A program made the position numbers and the translations under genes. A DNA stretch of 64,000 bases from Bacillota bacterium (GTDB taxonomy: Bacteria > Bacillota > Sulfobacillia > UBA8153), in NCBI GenBank assembly GCA_040756655.1, contig JBFLYN010000002.1, positions 72,634 through 136,633 of the forward strand, in the 5' to 3' direction. Positions within the stretch are counted from its first letter, which is position 1, and the number at the start of each line of letters is the position of its first letter. Under the pieces are notes generated by a model. It had not been told where the DNA came from. It saw nothing but the letters and a program-made list of their open reading frames with translations, and ran no database searches. Positions 9,958 to 20,128 of this stretch are shown piece after piece.

Positions 9958-11502
9958 CTACTCCCACTCTATGGTGGCAGGCGGTTTGGACGTGATGTCG
10001 TAGACTACCCGGTTGATCTCCGGCACCTCATTAACCAGGCGCGTGGATATGCGGGACAAGAGCGCCGGGTCCAGCCGGGTCCAGTCGGCGGTCATGGCAT
10101 CTTCGCTGTTGACCGCCCGTAACACCACCGTGTAGGCGTAGGTACGCTCATCGCCCATCACGCCCACGCTCCTAAACGCCGGCAGCACCGCAAATGCCTG
10201 CCAGATCTGGTCGTAAAGGCCGGCCTTCTTGATCTCGTCGATGAAAATGGCATCTGCTTCCCTTAGGACGGCCAGCCTCTCCTCGGTCACTTCTCCCACA
10301 ATGCGCACGCCCAAGCCGGGACCGGGGAACGGGTGCCTCCCGACGATCTCGTGGGGTAGCCCCAACTCCTGTCCCACCCGGCGCACTTCATCTTTGAACA
10401 GATCACGTAGCGGCTCCACTAGTTCGAACTTCATGTCCTTGGGCAGGCCTCCCACGTTGTGGTGGGTCTTGATGACCGCCGCCGTGGCCGTGCCGCTTTC
10501 GATGATATCCGGGTAGATGGTGCCCTGTACCAGGAAGCGGGCGTCCTGGTAGCGGGATGCTTCCTCCTCAAACACCCGGATGAACTCGGTGCCGATGCGC
10601 CGTCGCTTTTCCTCGGGGTCGGTGATACCTAAAAGGCGGTGGATGAACCTCTCCCGGGCATCCACCCGGCTGAGCTTCATGCCCATAACCCGGTGGAAGG
10701 TCTCTACCACCGTGTCGCCCTCGCCTTTCCTGAGCAGGCCGTGATCTACAAAGATGCACTGGAGCCGGTCGCCCACGGCGCGGTGCACCAGGGTGGCGGC
10801 CACGGCCGAGTCCACGCCTCCGCTCAGGGCACAGACTACGTGCCCGTCGCCCACCTGGCGCTGGATGCGGGATACCTGCTCTTCCACAAAGGACCCGGTA
10901 GTCCAGTCGCCTTTGAGCCCGGCCACCCGGAACAGGAAATTCTCCAGCACCTCTTGGCCGCGGTGGGTGTGCTTGACCTCGGGATGAAACTGGACTCCGA
11001 AAAGGCAGCGTTGGGCATCGGCCATGGCGGCCACCGGCGTGTTTCCGGTCCCCGCCAGCACCACAAAACCCGGCGGGGGGACCTCTACGGTGTCGCCGTG
11101 ACTCATCCAGCATTCCAAGTCTGGACCGAAACCGTAAAACAGGTCGGTACGGTCGTGGAGGTCCACCATGGCGCGGCCGTACTCACGGCGAAAAGCCCGG
11201 GCTACCTGGCCACCCAGGGCGTGGGCCATCAGGTGCATGCCGTAGCAAATGCCCAGCACGGGTACGCCCAGGCGGAAAATCCCCTCATCCACCTGGGGGG
11301 CACCGGGTGCGTAGACACTGGCCGGTCCTCCGGTGAAGATCACCGCCCGCACGTTCTTGGCTGCCAACTCCCGGGCAGTGGTGAAGTGCGGGAAGACCTC
11401 GCAGTAGACGTTGGCTTCGCGGACCCGCCGGGCGATGAGGTGCCCGTACTGGGCCCCAAAATCTATGATGGCGACGAGCTCGTGCGGTCTGATCATGAGC
11501 AC
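9958..11502 (-). CDS. guaA: GMP synthase (glutamine-hydrolysing)
   Basis: [39 protein letters not shown]. Confidence 0.98.
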   Translation of the reverse strand: MLMIRPHELVAIIDFGAQYGHLIARRVREANVYCEVFPHFTTARELAAKNVRAVIFTGGPASVYAPGAPQVDEGIFRLGVPVLGICYGMHLMAHALGGQVARAFRREYGRAMVDLHDRTDLFYGFGPDLECWMSHGDTVEVPPPGFVVLAGTGNTPVAAMADAQRCLFGVQFHPEVKHTHRGQEVLENFLFRVAGLKGDWTTGSFVEEQVSRIQRQVGDGHVVCALSGGVDSAVAATLVHRAVGDRLQCIFVDHGLLRKGEGDTVVETFHRVMGMKLSRVDARERFIHRLLGITDPEEKRRRIGTEFIRVFEEEASRYQDARFLVQGTIYPDIIESGTATAAVIKTHHNVGGLPKDMKFELVEPLRDLFKDEVRRVGQELGLPHEIVGRHPFPGPGLGVRIVGEVTEERLAVLREADAIFIDEIKKAGLYDQIWQAFAVLPAFRSVGVMGDERTYAYTVVLRAVNSEDAMTADWTRLDPALLSRISTRLVNEVPEINRVVYDITSKPPATIEWE

Positions 11503-11518
11503 CCCTCCTAAAGAGCAG

Positions 11519-12067
11519 CTAGCTTCTGTACACCTCGGGCCTGAGCACGGCTATGTAAGGCAAGTGGCGGTATTGTTCGTTGTAGTCCAGCCCGTAACCT
11601 ACCACGAAGGCGTCGGGGATCTCAAAACCGCGGTAGTCCAGGTGCACCGGCACCCGGCGGCGGCTGGGCTTGTCCAAAAGGGTGCATACCCGCAGGCTGG
11701 CAGGTTTCCGGCCCAACAGGAGCCCGCGCAGGTAGGAAAGGGTAAGCCCGCTATCAACAATGTCCTCAACCAGCAGGACGTGACGCCCCTCTACGCTTAC
11801 GTCCAAGTCCTTGAGGATGCGCACGGCCCCGGAGGAGCTGGTGCCGGCCCCGTAGCTAGACACGGCCACGAAGTCAAAGGACAGTGGGAGATCGATGCAC
11901 CTGGTCAAGTCGGCCAGGAAGATCATGGCCCCCTTGAGCACACCCACCACGAACAGGTTGGTCTCCTGGTAATCCCGGGAGATCTCGGCTCCCAGCTGGC
12001 CTACCCGGTCGGTGAGAGTCTTCTGGTCGATGAGGACGCGCTCTACGTGGGTGTCGCAGTACGCCAC
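11519..12067 (-). CDS. hpt: Hypoxanthine phosphoribosyltransferase
   Basis: [25 protein letters not shown]. Confidence 0.96.
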   Translation of the reverse strand: MAYCDTHVERVLIDQKTLTDRVGQLGAEISRDYQETNLFVVGVLKGAMIFLADLTRCIDLPLSFDFVAVSSYGAGTSSSGAVRILKDLDVSVEGRHVLLVEDIVDSGLTLSYLRGLLLGRKPASLRVCTLLDKPSRRRVPVHLDYRGFEIPDAFVVGYGLDYNEQYRHLPYIAVLRPEVYRS

Positions 12068-12078
12068 TGGTGCTCCTC

Positions 12079-12576
12079 CTAGTCCCGCAACCTGGCACAG
12101 TCCCGCGCCCGGCCCTTTAGCACTTCCACGGCATGGGGCAGGGCGTCCAGCACGGCGCTCAGGTTTTCTCTCACCGCCCGGGGACTGCCCGGCAGGTTGA
12201 TGATGAGCGTCCTTCCCCTGACCCCGGCCGTGGCCCGGGACAGAGCGGCGTGAATGGTCTTTTGCAGCCCGGCCGCGCGCATAGCCTCGGCCAGGCCCGG
12301 TACCTCGAATTCGATGACATCATAAGTAGCATCCGGCGTCACGTCGCGCGGGCCCAGCCCGGTGCCGCCGGTGGTGATGATCAGGTCGGCCCGGTCGTCA
12401 TCGGCCAGCACCCGCATTTCCCGGGCGATAAGCTCCCGGGAGTCCTCAAGCACCACGTGGCTAACTACGGAGGCTCCGATGCTCCGGGCCAGTTCTGCCA
12501 CGACCTGGCCGCTCACGTCCTCGCGCTCCCCCCGGGATCCGGTGTCGCTGGCCGTCACGATGGCAACTCTAAACAT
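12079..12576 (-). CDS. mog: Molybdopterin adenylyltransferase (MogA/MoaB family)
   Basis: TTGGTGLGPRDVTPDAT, SRATAG, INLPGSP; ATG at 12576 after GAGGAGG. Confidence 0.92.
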   Translation of the reverse strand: MFRVAIVTASDTGSRGEREDVSGQVVAELARSIGASVVSHVVLEDSRELIAREMRVLADDDRADLIITTGGTGLGPRDVTPDATYDVIEFEVPGLAEAMRAAGLQKTIHAALSRATAGVRGRTLIINLPGSPRAVRENLSAVLDALPHAVEVLKGRARDCARLRD

Positions 12577-12589
12577 GAACAACACCTCC

Positions 12590-14134
12590 TCAACCAGGGA
12601 TAAGCACACGCCCCGGCAACACGGGTAGCTCCCTATCACCATCCAATACCAGCTGGCCGTTGACCACCACGTAGCTTATGCCCGCCGGGTAATGGTGTGG
12701 CTCAGTGAAAGTCGCCGTATCCATTACGGTGTCCGGGTCAAACACCACCAGGTCAGCGTACATGCCCGGGCGGATGAGCCCGCGGTCAAGTATACCCATG
12801 CGAGATGCGGGCATAGACGTCATCTTCCTTACTGCTTCCTCCAGGGTAAGGATGCCCTCCTGACGCACATACTTGCCGAGTACCCTGGGGAAAGTGCCGT
12901 AGCAGCGGGGGTGGGGTTTCCCCTGGGCCGCCTGGGCCGAACGGGCCGAAGCGTCCGACCCGATCATCACCAGCGGGTGAGCCATGACATGCTTGACATC
13001 CTCTTCAGACAGGCCAAAGCCCACCATGCCTACGAGCATCCCGTTGTCCAACAAGAGGTCGATGACGGTATCTTCGGCACTCTGGCCCCGGGCTGAGGCG
13101 ATCTCTGGAATACGACAGCCTTCCCAGCGCCGGTCCTCGTCACGGGCAACCGAGGATACCATCACCCGGTTCCAATCCCGGCTGCCGTCTCCCTCGCGGA
13201 GCTGGGCCTTGATCTTATCGCGCCTGTTTCTGAGTTTGGCCATGACTTCATCCTGTGATCCTTCGCGCACCCAACCGGGCAGCACTGCCGAAAGGCTGGT
13301 GGCAGAGGCGATGTACGGGTACTGATCGGCAGTGACATCGATGCCCCGGGCGCGGGCCTCTTCCATGCGTGACAAGGCAGGGCGCACTAACCCCCAGTTG
13401 GGCTCCCCGGTAGCCTTTAGGTGAGAGATTTGAACCGGAATGCCGGCTTTCTTCCCGATCTCCAGGGCCTCGTCCAGGGACTCCAAAAGGCCCGCGCCTT
13501 CATTGCGCATGTGGGTAAAGTACAGGCCTCGGTGGCGGGCCGCCTCGGCGGCCAGTTCCACCAGTTCAGGAGTGCGCGCATACATGCCGGGGGTGTAGAT
13601 CAGCCCCGTGGATATGCCCCAAGCTCCCTGCTCCATGGCGGCACGAACGTGGGCTACCATGGCCGCCTGTTCCTCTGCGGTGGGATCGCGATCGTCGTTT
13701 CTCATGACCGCCCGCCGGATGCTGCTGTGCCCCACTAGGGCGGCCACGTTTACGGCAATGCCGGTTTCCCTGAGCGTGTCCAGGTATTGACCCATGGTTG
13801 ACCAGTTGCCAGCCTGGCCGTTCTCAAACTGGGATACCTCGTCCACGGGAGCTGCCGACGCACCGCACTGCCCTACGACTTCGGTGGTGATGCCCTGGCG
13901 GATTTTGCTGGAGGCCTGCGGAAAAGTGGTGAGGACCGAATCGGAATGGGAGTGGATATCGATGAACCCAGGGCAGACTACCTGGCCGCCCGCGTCAATC
14001 ACGGTCTCGGCCCGGGCCTTGCCGACTCTACCCACGTGGGCGATGCGGTCATGGGAGACGGCCACATCCCCGTAATACCAAGGCGCGCCGCTGCCGTCCA
14101 CCATGCGCCCGCCCCGTATGATTAACCGGTACAA
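12590..14134 (-). CDS. N-acyl-D-amino-acid deacylase (D-aminoacylase family amidohydrolase)
   Basis: PGFIDIHSHSD, QGITTEVVGQCG, THMRNEG, HPRCYGTFPRVLG, AVRKMTSMPA. Confidence 0.92.
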   Translation of the reverse strand: MYRLIIRGGRMVDGSGAPWYYGDVAVSHDRIAHVGRVGKARAETVIDAGGQVVCPGFIDIHSHSDSVLTTFPQASSKIRQGITTEVVGQCGASAAPVDEVSQFENGQAGNWSTMGQYLDTLRETGIAVNVAALVGHSSIRRAVMRNDDRDPTAEEQAAMVAHVRAAMEQGAWGISTGLIYTPGMYARTPELVELAAEAARHRGLYFTHMRNEGAGLLESLDEALEIGKKAGIPVQISHLKATGEPNWGLVRPALSRMEEARARGIDVTADQYPYIASATSLSAVLPGWVREGSQDEVMAKLRNRRDKIKAQLREGDGSRDWNRVMVSSVARDEDRRWEGCRIPEIASARGQSAEDTVIDLLLDNGMLVGMVGFGLSEEDVKHVMAHPLVMIGSDASARSAQAAQGKPHPRCYGTFPRVLGKYVRQEGILTLEEAVRKMTSMPASRMGILDRGLIRPGMYADLVVFDPDTVMDTATFTEPHHYPAGISYVVVNGQLVLDGDRELPVLPGRVLIPG

Positions 14135-14183
14135 GTTAGTTGTCCTCCCCCGTTCTTGGATGCTCAATACTTCGGGGGATGGG

Positions 14184-14699
14184 TCAGAAAACCTCCTCGG
14201 CTAACACGGTGTCTTCTCCGTTCCGCCAGAAATCGCCGCTCCGTCCACCACTCTTCGACACCAGCCGGATGCCGTCCACGACCATGGTGCGGTCCACGGC
14301 CTTACACATGTCGTAGATGGTGAGCGCCGCCACGGCCACGGCCGTCAGTGCTTCCATCTCCACACCCGTCTTTCCGCTGGTAGCTGCCCGGGCTTCGATG
14401 AGCAGGGCCGACCCCGACGAATCGAAGGCAAAGTCCAGTTCCACGGTGTCCAGGGACAGCGGGTGGCACATCGGTATGAGGCGGCCCGTTTCCTTGGCGG
14501 CCAGGATGCCGGCGATACGCGCGGTGGACAGGGCATCACCTTTGGCCAGCGTACCACTGGACAGTCGCTGCAGGGTCTCCCGGTCCATGAGCACCTTCCC
14601 CCTGGCCACTGCCCGGCGCCGGGTCACCGGCTTTTCGCCGACGTCCACCATGCGGGCCCTCCCGCGGCGGTCAAGGTGGGTAAACTCCCCCATATTCAT
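14184..14699 (-). CDS. moaC: Cyclic pyranopterin monophosphate synthase
   Basis: FTHLD..RMVDV, LIPMCHPL, TGVEMEAL, YDMCKAVD, KSGG. Confidence 0.97.
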   Translation of the reverse strand: MNMGEFTHLDRRGRARMVDVGEKPVTRRRAVARGKVLMDRETLQRLSSGTLAKGDALSTARIAGILAAKETGRLIPMCHPLSLDTVELDFAFDSSGSALLIEARAATSGKTGVEMEALTAVAVAALTIYDMCKAVDRTMVVDGIRLVSKSGGRSGDFWRNGEDTVLAEEVF

Positions 14700-15676
14700 C
14701 CCCCCAGGCGGTGCATGCGCCGACGGCGGGCCCGGTCTGGCTGGTTGGCCATGTCATGCCCGGCCGGCTTGGCCAGGATGGCCCGGCGGATGAGATCCCG
14801 GATCTCCTCATCGCTAGCACCGTTTCTTAGCGGTTCCCTCAAATCTACCTCGTCGGGCGAGCCCAGGCAGGGGCTGAGTCCACCGGTGGATGATAGCCTC
14901 AAACGGTTGCAGGCCCCGCAAAAATGCTCGCTCAGTGGCGCGATGAAGCCCACGGTACCTTTGCCACCTTCCAGCCGGTAGTACCGGGCCGGGCCATTCC
15001 CAGTCACTCCCGCCGAGGGGTGCAACCTGCATTGTGCCTCCAGGCGGGCCCGGATCACGGATGCCGGCACAAAGCAGTCCGGCTGCATGTCCCCGGCGTC
15101 GCCCAGCGGCATCAGTTCAATGAAGCGCACGTGCAAGGGGCGTTCCAGGGTGAGGGCGGCAAAGTCTGCCACCTCATGGTCGTTGATGCCCTTCATGACC
15201 ACCATGTTCACCTTTACGGGAACCAGCCCGGCATCCAGGGCTGCATCGATGCCGGCCAGGACCCGGTCTAGGCCGCCCCGGCGGCAGATGGCATCGAACG
15301 TCTCCGGGTTAAGGGTGTCCAGGCTGATGTTGACCCGGGCCAGACCCGCCGCCTTGAGTTCCCGGGCCATTGGGGACAAAAGCTGCCCGTTGGTGGTCAT
15401 GGACACCTCCTCGATGCCAGGCAGGGCAGCTATGCGCCGGATGAACCCCGGCAGTCCCAGGCGCACCAACGGCTCGCCTCCGGTCACTCGCACGCGACCA
15501 ATACCCAGGTCACGAGCACAGCTGACCACTCTTTCCAGCTCCTCGTAACGGAGAACATCATGGTGAGCCCGCGGCAGCACCCCGGTTTCGGGCATACAGT
15601 ACATGCAGCGAAGATTGCAGCGGTCGGTAATGGAAATCCGGATGTAGTCTATGGTGCGACCACAAGGATCCTTCAT
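14696..15676 (-). CDS. moaA: GTP 3',8-cyclase (radical SAM)
   Basis: CNLRCMYC, TGGEPL, FCGACNRLRL...C, C-terminal GG. Confidence 0.97.
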   Translation of the reverse strand: MKDPCGRTIDYIRISITDRCNLRCMYCMPETGVLPRAHHDVLRYEELERVVSCARDLGIGRVRVTGGEPLVRLGLPGFIRRIAALPGIEEVSMTTNGQLLSPMARELKAAGLARVNISLDTLNPETFDAICRRGGLDRVLAGIDAALDAGLVPVKVNMVVMKGINDHEVADFAALTLERPLHVRFIELMPLGDAGDMQPDCFVPASVIRARLEAQCRLHPSAGVTGNGPARYYRLEGGKGTVGFIAPLSEHFCGACNRLRLSSTGGLSPCLGSPDEVDLREPLRNGASDEEIRDLIRRAILAKPAGHDMANQPDRARRRRMHRLGG

Positions 15677-17574
15677 GGAGTCACTCGCCTTTCTGCGCCG
15701 GCCCCGGACCAATCATATCCTCCTAGTCGCTCCAGTTCGTGGTGGAAAGTCGGCGACAACGCCGCCTCCAACAAGCGGATCATGCCCGGCAGCTGCCGGT
15801 GCGCAGCCGGGATGGCCAGTTCGTAGCGCTCGGTGGTTACCGGGATGAAGTCCAGGTTGAGCGCCCGGGCGGCAGCCAGGATGCCCAGGCCGCAGGCAGC
15901 CGACCCCGACGCTACCGCCGCCGCCACCCCCATGTGGGTGTACTCCTCCCGCTCGTAGCCCCGGACAGCATGCGGGGAGATGCCCGCCCTTTCTAGGTGG
16001 AAGTCCAAGAGAATGCGGGTACCTGCACCGCGCTGCCGGTTGACCAGCGTCACCTCTTCCCGTGCCAGGTCCTGGAACCCGGCGATGCCCTGCGGGTTCC
16101 CCTTGGGGACCAGGAGTCCCTGCTGGCGGTGGAACAACGTCACCAGCGACACCTCCAGCCCGGGCAATGCCCGTTCCACGTACGGCAGGTTGTAATCGCC
16201 GGTGGCCGGGTCCAGAAGGTGTATACCCGCAGCGTGGGCCTCTCCCCGCCTGAGCGCCAGCAGGCCGGCCAGGCTGCCGGTGTGAGAGGATGAGAGCAAG
16301 TACCCGCGCAAAAGCCCGCCCAGGATCTCCAGGGCCAGGTCATGGCTGCCGCTGAGCACCACCGTGCGCTCCACTTGGGAAAGAGGAGTAAAAAGCTCCA
16401 CCTCCACCTCGGAGCCTTCGGCCAGGCCTTCAGAAAAACGGGTTACCCGGATTACACCGTCGGCGCGCACCAAAGACATGATGAGCCCAGCACCCCGGGC
16501 TATGGGCGTCGCCACCAGCTGGTCGCCGACCCGGCCCACCTTGACCCGCACGAACTCCTCCACTCCCATGGGCGATACTACCCGGCGAGACAGCCGGGCC
16601 CGGCACCTGGCAGCTTCCGGGGGCACTACGCCCAGCAGGCAGGCCACCAGTGGGCGGAGAAAGAGCGTGGCGGTCAGGTACGTTGATACCGGGTAACCGG
16701 GAAGTCCCAGCACCGGCTTGCCCCTCGCTACCCCCAGGATCACCGGCTTGCCGGGGCGGATGGCCACCCCGTGGCAGACCAGTTCTCCCCGGTCCTTTAC
16801 GATACCAGCCACATAGTCCTCGCTCCCGGCCGAAGAACCAGCGTTGATGACCACCACGTCAGCAGCATCCAGCGCCTCGTCCAGGGCCTGGGCAATGAGC
16901 TCCCGGCTGTCCGGCGCTGGGGGAAACCTCCGGGCCACCCCGCCCCAGGATTCCACCAGGGCTGCCAGCACAGGGCCATTGAACTCAGGGATCTGGCCCG
17001 GGGCCAGACCCGGCCCCGGAGCCACGAGCTCTGTGCCCGTGGGAATGATGGCTACTACCGGGCGACGGCGCACCGCTACCTCGGTAATTCCGGCCGCCAG
17101 CAACGCTCCCAGGTCCTCAGCCCTCAGTTGGCGCCCGGATGCCAGCACAGGTTCGGTGGCCACCAGATCCTCGCCCACAGCCCGCACGTGCTGCCACGGT
17201 GAAGCCGGGGCAGTGATCTCATAGCCGTCCGGGGTCTGGTGCACGTCCTCGATCATGATCACGGCGTCACACCCGGGAGGCAGGGGATCACCGGTGTCCA
17301 CCGGAAAGGCCCGGTCCCGGGACAGGGTCACCGGGGTGGTCTCGGACGCGCCGAAACTGTGCCGGGCCGGGAGCGCGATGCCGTCCATGGCACAGGCGTG
17401 GTAATGAGGCGACGAATTGCGGGCCAACACCGTCCCGGCCAGCACTCGCCCGGACGCGCCCGGGACGGGCACGGTTTCTGCCCGGTGCTCGGGCCAGTCC
17501 CGGCCCAGCCTGGTCAACAGGCGTTCCAGGGCCTCTTCCCAGGGAATGGCATCCAGGTAAACCCGGCGCGTCAA
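15673..17574 (-). CDS. moeA: MoeA fused to a C-terminal PBP (substrate-binding-like) domain
   Basis: MoeA core (AMDGIA, GSSAGSED, PGKP, GLPGYPVS) plus SGSHD...NRQRGAGTRILLD PBP domain. Confidence 0.92.
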   Translation of the reverse strand: MTRRVYLDAIPWEEALERLLTRLGRDWPEHRAETVPVPGASGRVLAGTVLARNSSPHYHACAMDGIALPARHSFGASETTPVTLSRDRAFPVDTGDPLPPGCDAVIMIEDVHQTPDGYEITAPASPWQHVRAVGEDLVATEPVLASGRQLRAEDLGALLAAGITEVAVRRRPVVAIIPTGTELVAPGPGLAPGQIPEFNGPVLAALVESWGGVARRFPPAPDSRELIAQALDEALDAADVVVINAGSSAGSEDYVAGIVKDRGELVCHGVAIRPGKPVILGVARGKPVLGLPGYPVSTYLTATLFLRPLVACLLGVVPPEAARCRARLSRRVVSPMGVEEFVRVKVGRVGDQLVATPIARGAGLIMSLVRADGVIRVTRFSEGLAEGSEVEVELFTPLSQVERTVVLSGSHDLALEILGGLLRGYLLSSSHTGSLAGLLALRRGEAHAAGIHLLDPATGDYNLPYVERALPGLEVSLVTLFHRQQGLLVPKGNPQGIAGFQDLAREEVTLVNRQRGAGTRILLDFHLERAGISPHAVRGYEREEYTHMGVAAAVASGSAACGLGILAAARALNLDFIPVTTERYELAIPAAHRQLPGMIRLLEAALSPTFHHELERLGGYDWSGAGAERRVTP

Positions 17575-17590
17575 AGTAGAAGCCTCCGTT

Positions 17591-18817
17591 TCACAGCAAG
17601 ATTACATCCACGGTGTCCCCGGCGCCGTACCCGCCTGTGTCCAGCGGAATGCGGATGAGGCCACTGGCCCGGGCCATGGTACTAATGAGTCCCGACTTCC
17701 CCAGGAGTGGCTGTGCCACGGTGACACCGCTTTCTACCGCCAGGGCACAGGGCACGTATTCCTCCCGCCCCGGCCGCGAAGCCAGGCTGCGGGTTACCGG
17801 GTGCCGCACTACTGGGCGGGGAACGTACCGGGCACCCTGGGCCCACGCTAGAGCCCGGCGCACTAGTACCAGGTACACTACCAGTGCCGAAAGTGGATGC
17901 CCGGGCAGCCCGAATACTGCTTTGCCCCCGATGGCAGCCACCAAGGTGGGTTTCCCCGGCTTAAGCGCCAGGCCGTGACACAGCACGCCGGGACTTCCCG
18001 CCCCGGCGATGACCTGGCCTACCACGTCGCGGCTCCCCACGGAAGAGCCGCCCGACATCAGCACCAGGTCATACTCCAAGGCCTGCTCTAGCCCGGAGCT
18101 GATGGTGCCGGGCTCATCAGCGAAGATACCCAGGTATTTGGCACAAGCACCGTCCTCTTCTGCGGCCAGGGCCAAAGCCGGGCCGTTGATGTCAAACACC
18201 TGGCCTGCGCCCAGCGGTTGCCCGGGCGACACCACTTCGTCTCCGGTTGAAAGCACAGCCACACGTAGCGGCGCCCGGACCGGCACATCGGAAAAGCCAG
18301 TAGCCGCCAGGGCCCCCACGTCGGCGGGACGCAGACGGTGGCCGGCGGCGAAAACACTCTGGCCCTCCACTAAATCCTCTCCCGCCCTTATCACGTTATC
18401 ACCGGGAGCGGCCGGTCGCTGCACCCAGACGGTACCGTCACCGGGTTCTTCAGTGTCTTCGATCATGACCACGGCGTCGCTGCCGGGTGGCAGCATGCCC
18501 CCGGTGGGAATGCGCACGGCCGTGCCCGGTCCCGGAAACACTGGCGCAGGACGGCCCATGGTAACCTCGCCCGCGACCGTCAGAAACGAGGGCATGCTTT
18601 CGCTGGAACCAAAGGTGTCCTGGGCCCGGACAGCAAACCCATCCACGGTGGAGCGCGCAAAAGCCGGCACCGGCAAGGTAGCCAGCAGGTCCCGGGCGGC
18701 CACACGGTTCCGCGCCCGGGCCAGTGGCACGTATTCCTCCTTGGGGACCGCCTCCTCCAGGTGTGAGCGTAGCAATTCCCAGGCTCTTTCAACCGTCACG
18801 ACTTCGAACAACCGCAA
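17591..18817 (-). CDS. moeA: Molybdopterin molybdotransferase
   Basis: RSTVDGFAV, IPTGGMLP, SGGSSVG, LKPGKP, LPGHP. Confidence 0.94.
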   Translation of the reverse strand: MRLFEVVTVERAWELLRSHLEEAVPKEEYVPLARARNRVAARDLLATLPVPAFARSTVDGFAVRAQDTFGSSESMPSFLTVAGEVTMGRPAPVFPGPGTAVRIPTGGMLPPGSDAVVMIEDTEEPGDGTVWVQRPAAPGDNVIRAGEDLVEGQSVFAAGHRLRPADVGALAATGFSDVPVRAPLRVAVLSTGDEVVSPGQPLGAGQVFDINGPALALAAEEDGACAKYLGIFADEPGTISSGLEQALEYDLVLMSGGSSVGSRDVVGQVIAGAGSPGVLCHGLALKPGKPTLVAAIGGKAVFGLPGHPLSALVVYLVLVRRALAWAQGARYVPRPVVRHPVTRSLASRPGREEYVPCALAVESGVTVAQPLLGKSGLISTMARASGLIRIPLDTGGYGAGDTVDVILL

Positions 18818-18833
18818 GACATTCCCCCCCGCT

Positions 18834-19025
18834 CTACCGGAAACAGCCCAGCTGGCAAGCGCAGATCTTCAGCCCCAGTTCATCAGCAAGCCTACCCAAC
18901 TCCAGGGGAGGCACGTCCAGCTGGACAGCCAGCGCCAGCAGCACTGCGCAGGCGATCTTCCCATCCCGGGCCCGGGCCTTTAGTTCCTGGGCGGTCCCAG
19001 TAGGCGTTCGTCCGGCCTGTTTCAA
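18834..19025 (-). CDS. Small Cys-rich hypothetical protein ending CACQLGCF
   Basis: TTG at 19025 after GGAGG; GKIACAVLLALA...LGRLADELGLKICACQLGCFR; ends 17 nt before the moeA start. Confidence 0.7.
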   Translation of the reverse strand: MKQAGRTPTGTAQELKARARDGKIACAVLLALAVQLDVPPLELGRLADELGLKICACQLGCFR

Positions 19026-19286
19026 GTGTAGCCCTCCCATGGAAAACGGGCACCCGGATGGCGACCGGATGCCCGTCAAAAGTCTGCGGGCACAGTCCCT
19101 CTCCTTTCCGAGCACGGGAGGCGCAGCGGTTTCCCGCAGCACCCTTGGCCGGACTGGTCCGGCTGCGGCCAAGCAGCGTGGGTCTGGGACCGTTAGCTGG
19201 CTTGGCTCGGAGTATGGGTTTTATGTATTAAGGTATGCTTCCACGTAGCCTGCAGGCTTTCCTGCTGGTCAGGTTGTCTTTTTGTC

Positions 19287-19868
19287 CTACCGTAGCACTA
19301 TCACCAGCCGGTCGTCGTGGCCAACCGCCCCCGGGTCCGCAAGGCCGTTCCAGCGGCACAAGGCACGGACCGTGGTCCGGTAGGTCTCGGCTACCTGGAC
19401 CAGCGTCTGGCCGGGTAACACACGGTGCAGGGTATATTCTGCGGGTATGAGGAGACGCTCTCCGGGCACCAGCCTGCTCTTCCCGTTCACTAGTTGGATG
19501 GCCCGGGCGGGCACTCCAAACACACCTTCCAGCAATTCGAACGTATCCCCCTCCTGGACGATGTAGCCCGGGCGCGGCCACTGGCGAGCCAACCAAAACC
19601 AGTATACCTTCGACAAGTCGTCTCCTGCGACCTCGCTCACCGAAGGTTCGAGTCTAAGCAGGCCAAGCAGTGAGCGCCAGGTCACCGCGTCCAGTTCCCC
19701 GCTGGCTAGGTCCGCTTCGAATCCAAAAAACGCCAGGGTCACCTGGAGTTCAGCCACATCCTCCCCCACTATACCCGGCACCAGGGGGCGGTAGGCAAAG
19801 TGGGCCGCGGTAACCGGTCGGCACAACATACAGACCAAGGCTAGTGTGGTTACGATGCGACGACACAT
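19287..19868 (-). CDS. Secreted peptidoglycan-binding/LysM-domain protein
   Basis: Signal-like N-terminus, GEDVAELQ PG-binding motif, two LysM repeats (YIVQEGDT..., HRVLPGQTL..A..Y..T...L..WNGL). Confidence 0.8.
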   Translation of the reverse strand: MCRRIVTTLALVCMLCRPVTAAHFAYRPLVPGIVGEDVAELQVTLAFFGFEADLASGELDAVTWRSLLGLLRLEPSVSEVAGDDLSKVYWFWLARQWPRPGYIVQEGDTFELLEGVFGVPARAIQLVNGKSRLVPGERLLIPAEYTLHRVLPGQTLVQVAETYRTTVRALCRWNGLADPGAVGHDDRLVIVLR

Positions 19869-20128
19869 GGGACTTCACCCCCCCAAGCTATGGGTCCCCC
19901 CGGACCCCATGACCTATTCTCCACCATCTACTGTAAGTCCTTCCAGATTCTGGTCTGGTACCGTATCCTGTTGTGCGGCCAATGTTGCCCTTGGGTGCCT
20001 CGCCAAGCCATTAGCCCCGGGGTCTTCTCAGTGTACGGAAACATCCCTTTGCTCACCTTGACCCGCTGTTGCGCCATCCAAGAGAACCAGAAAACCGATG
20101 CATCCCTGCCCGGGCCCGGCGTGGACTC

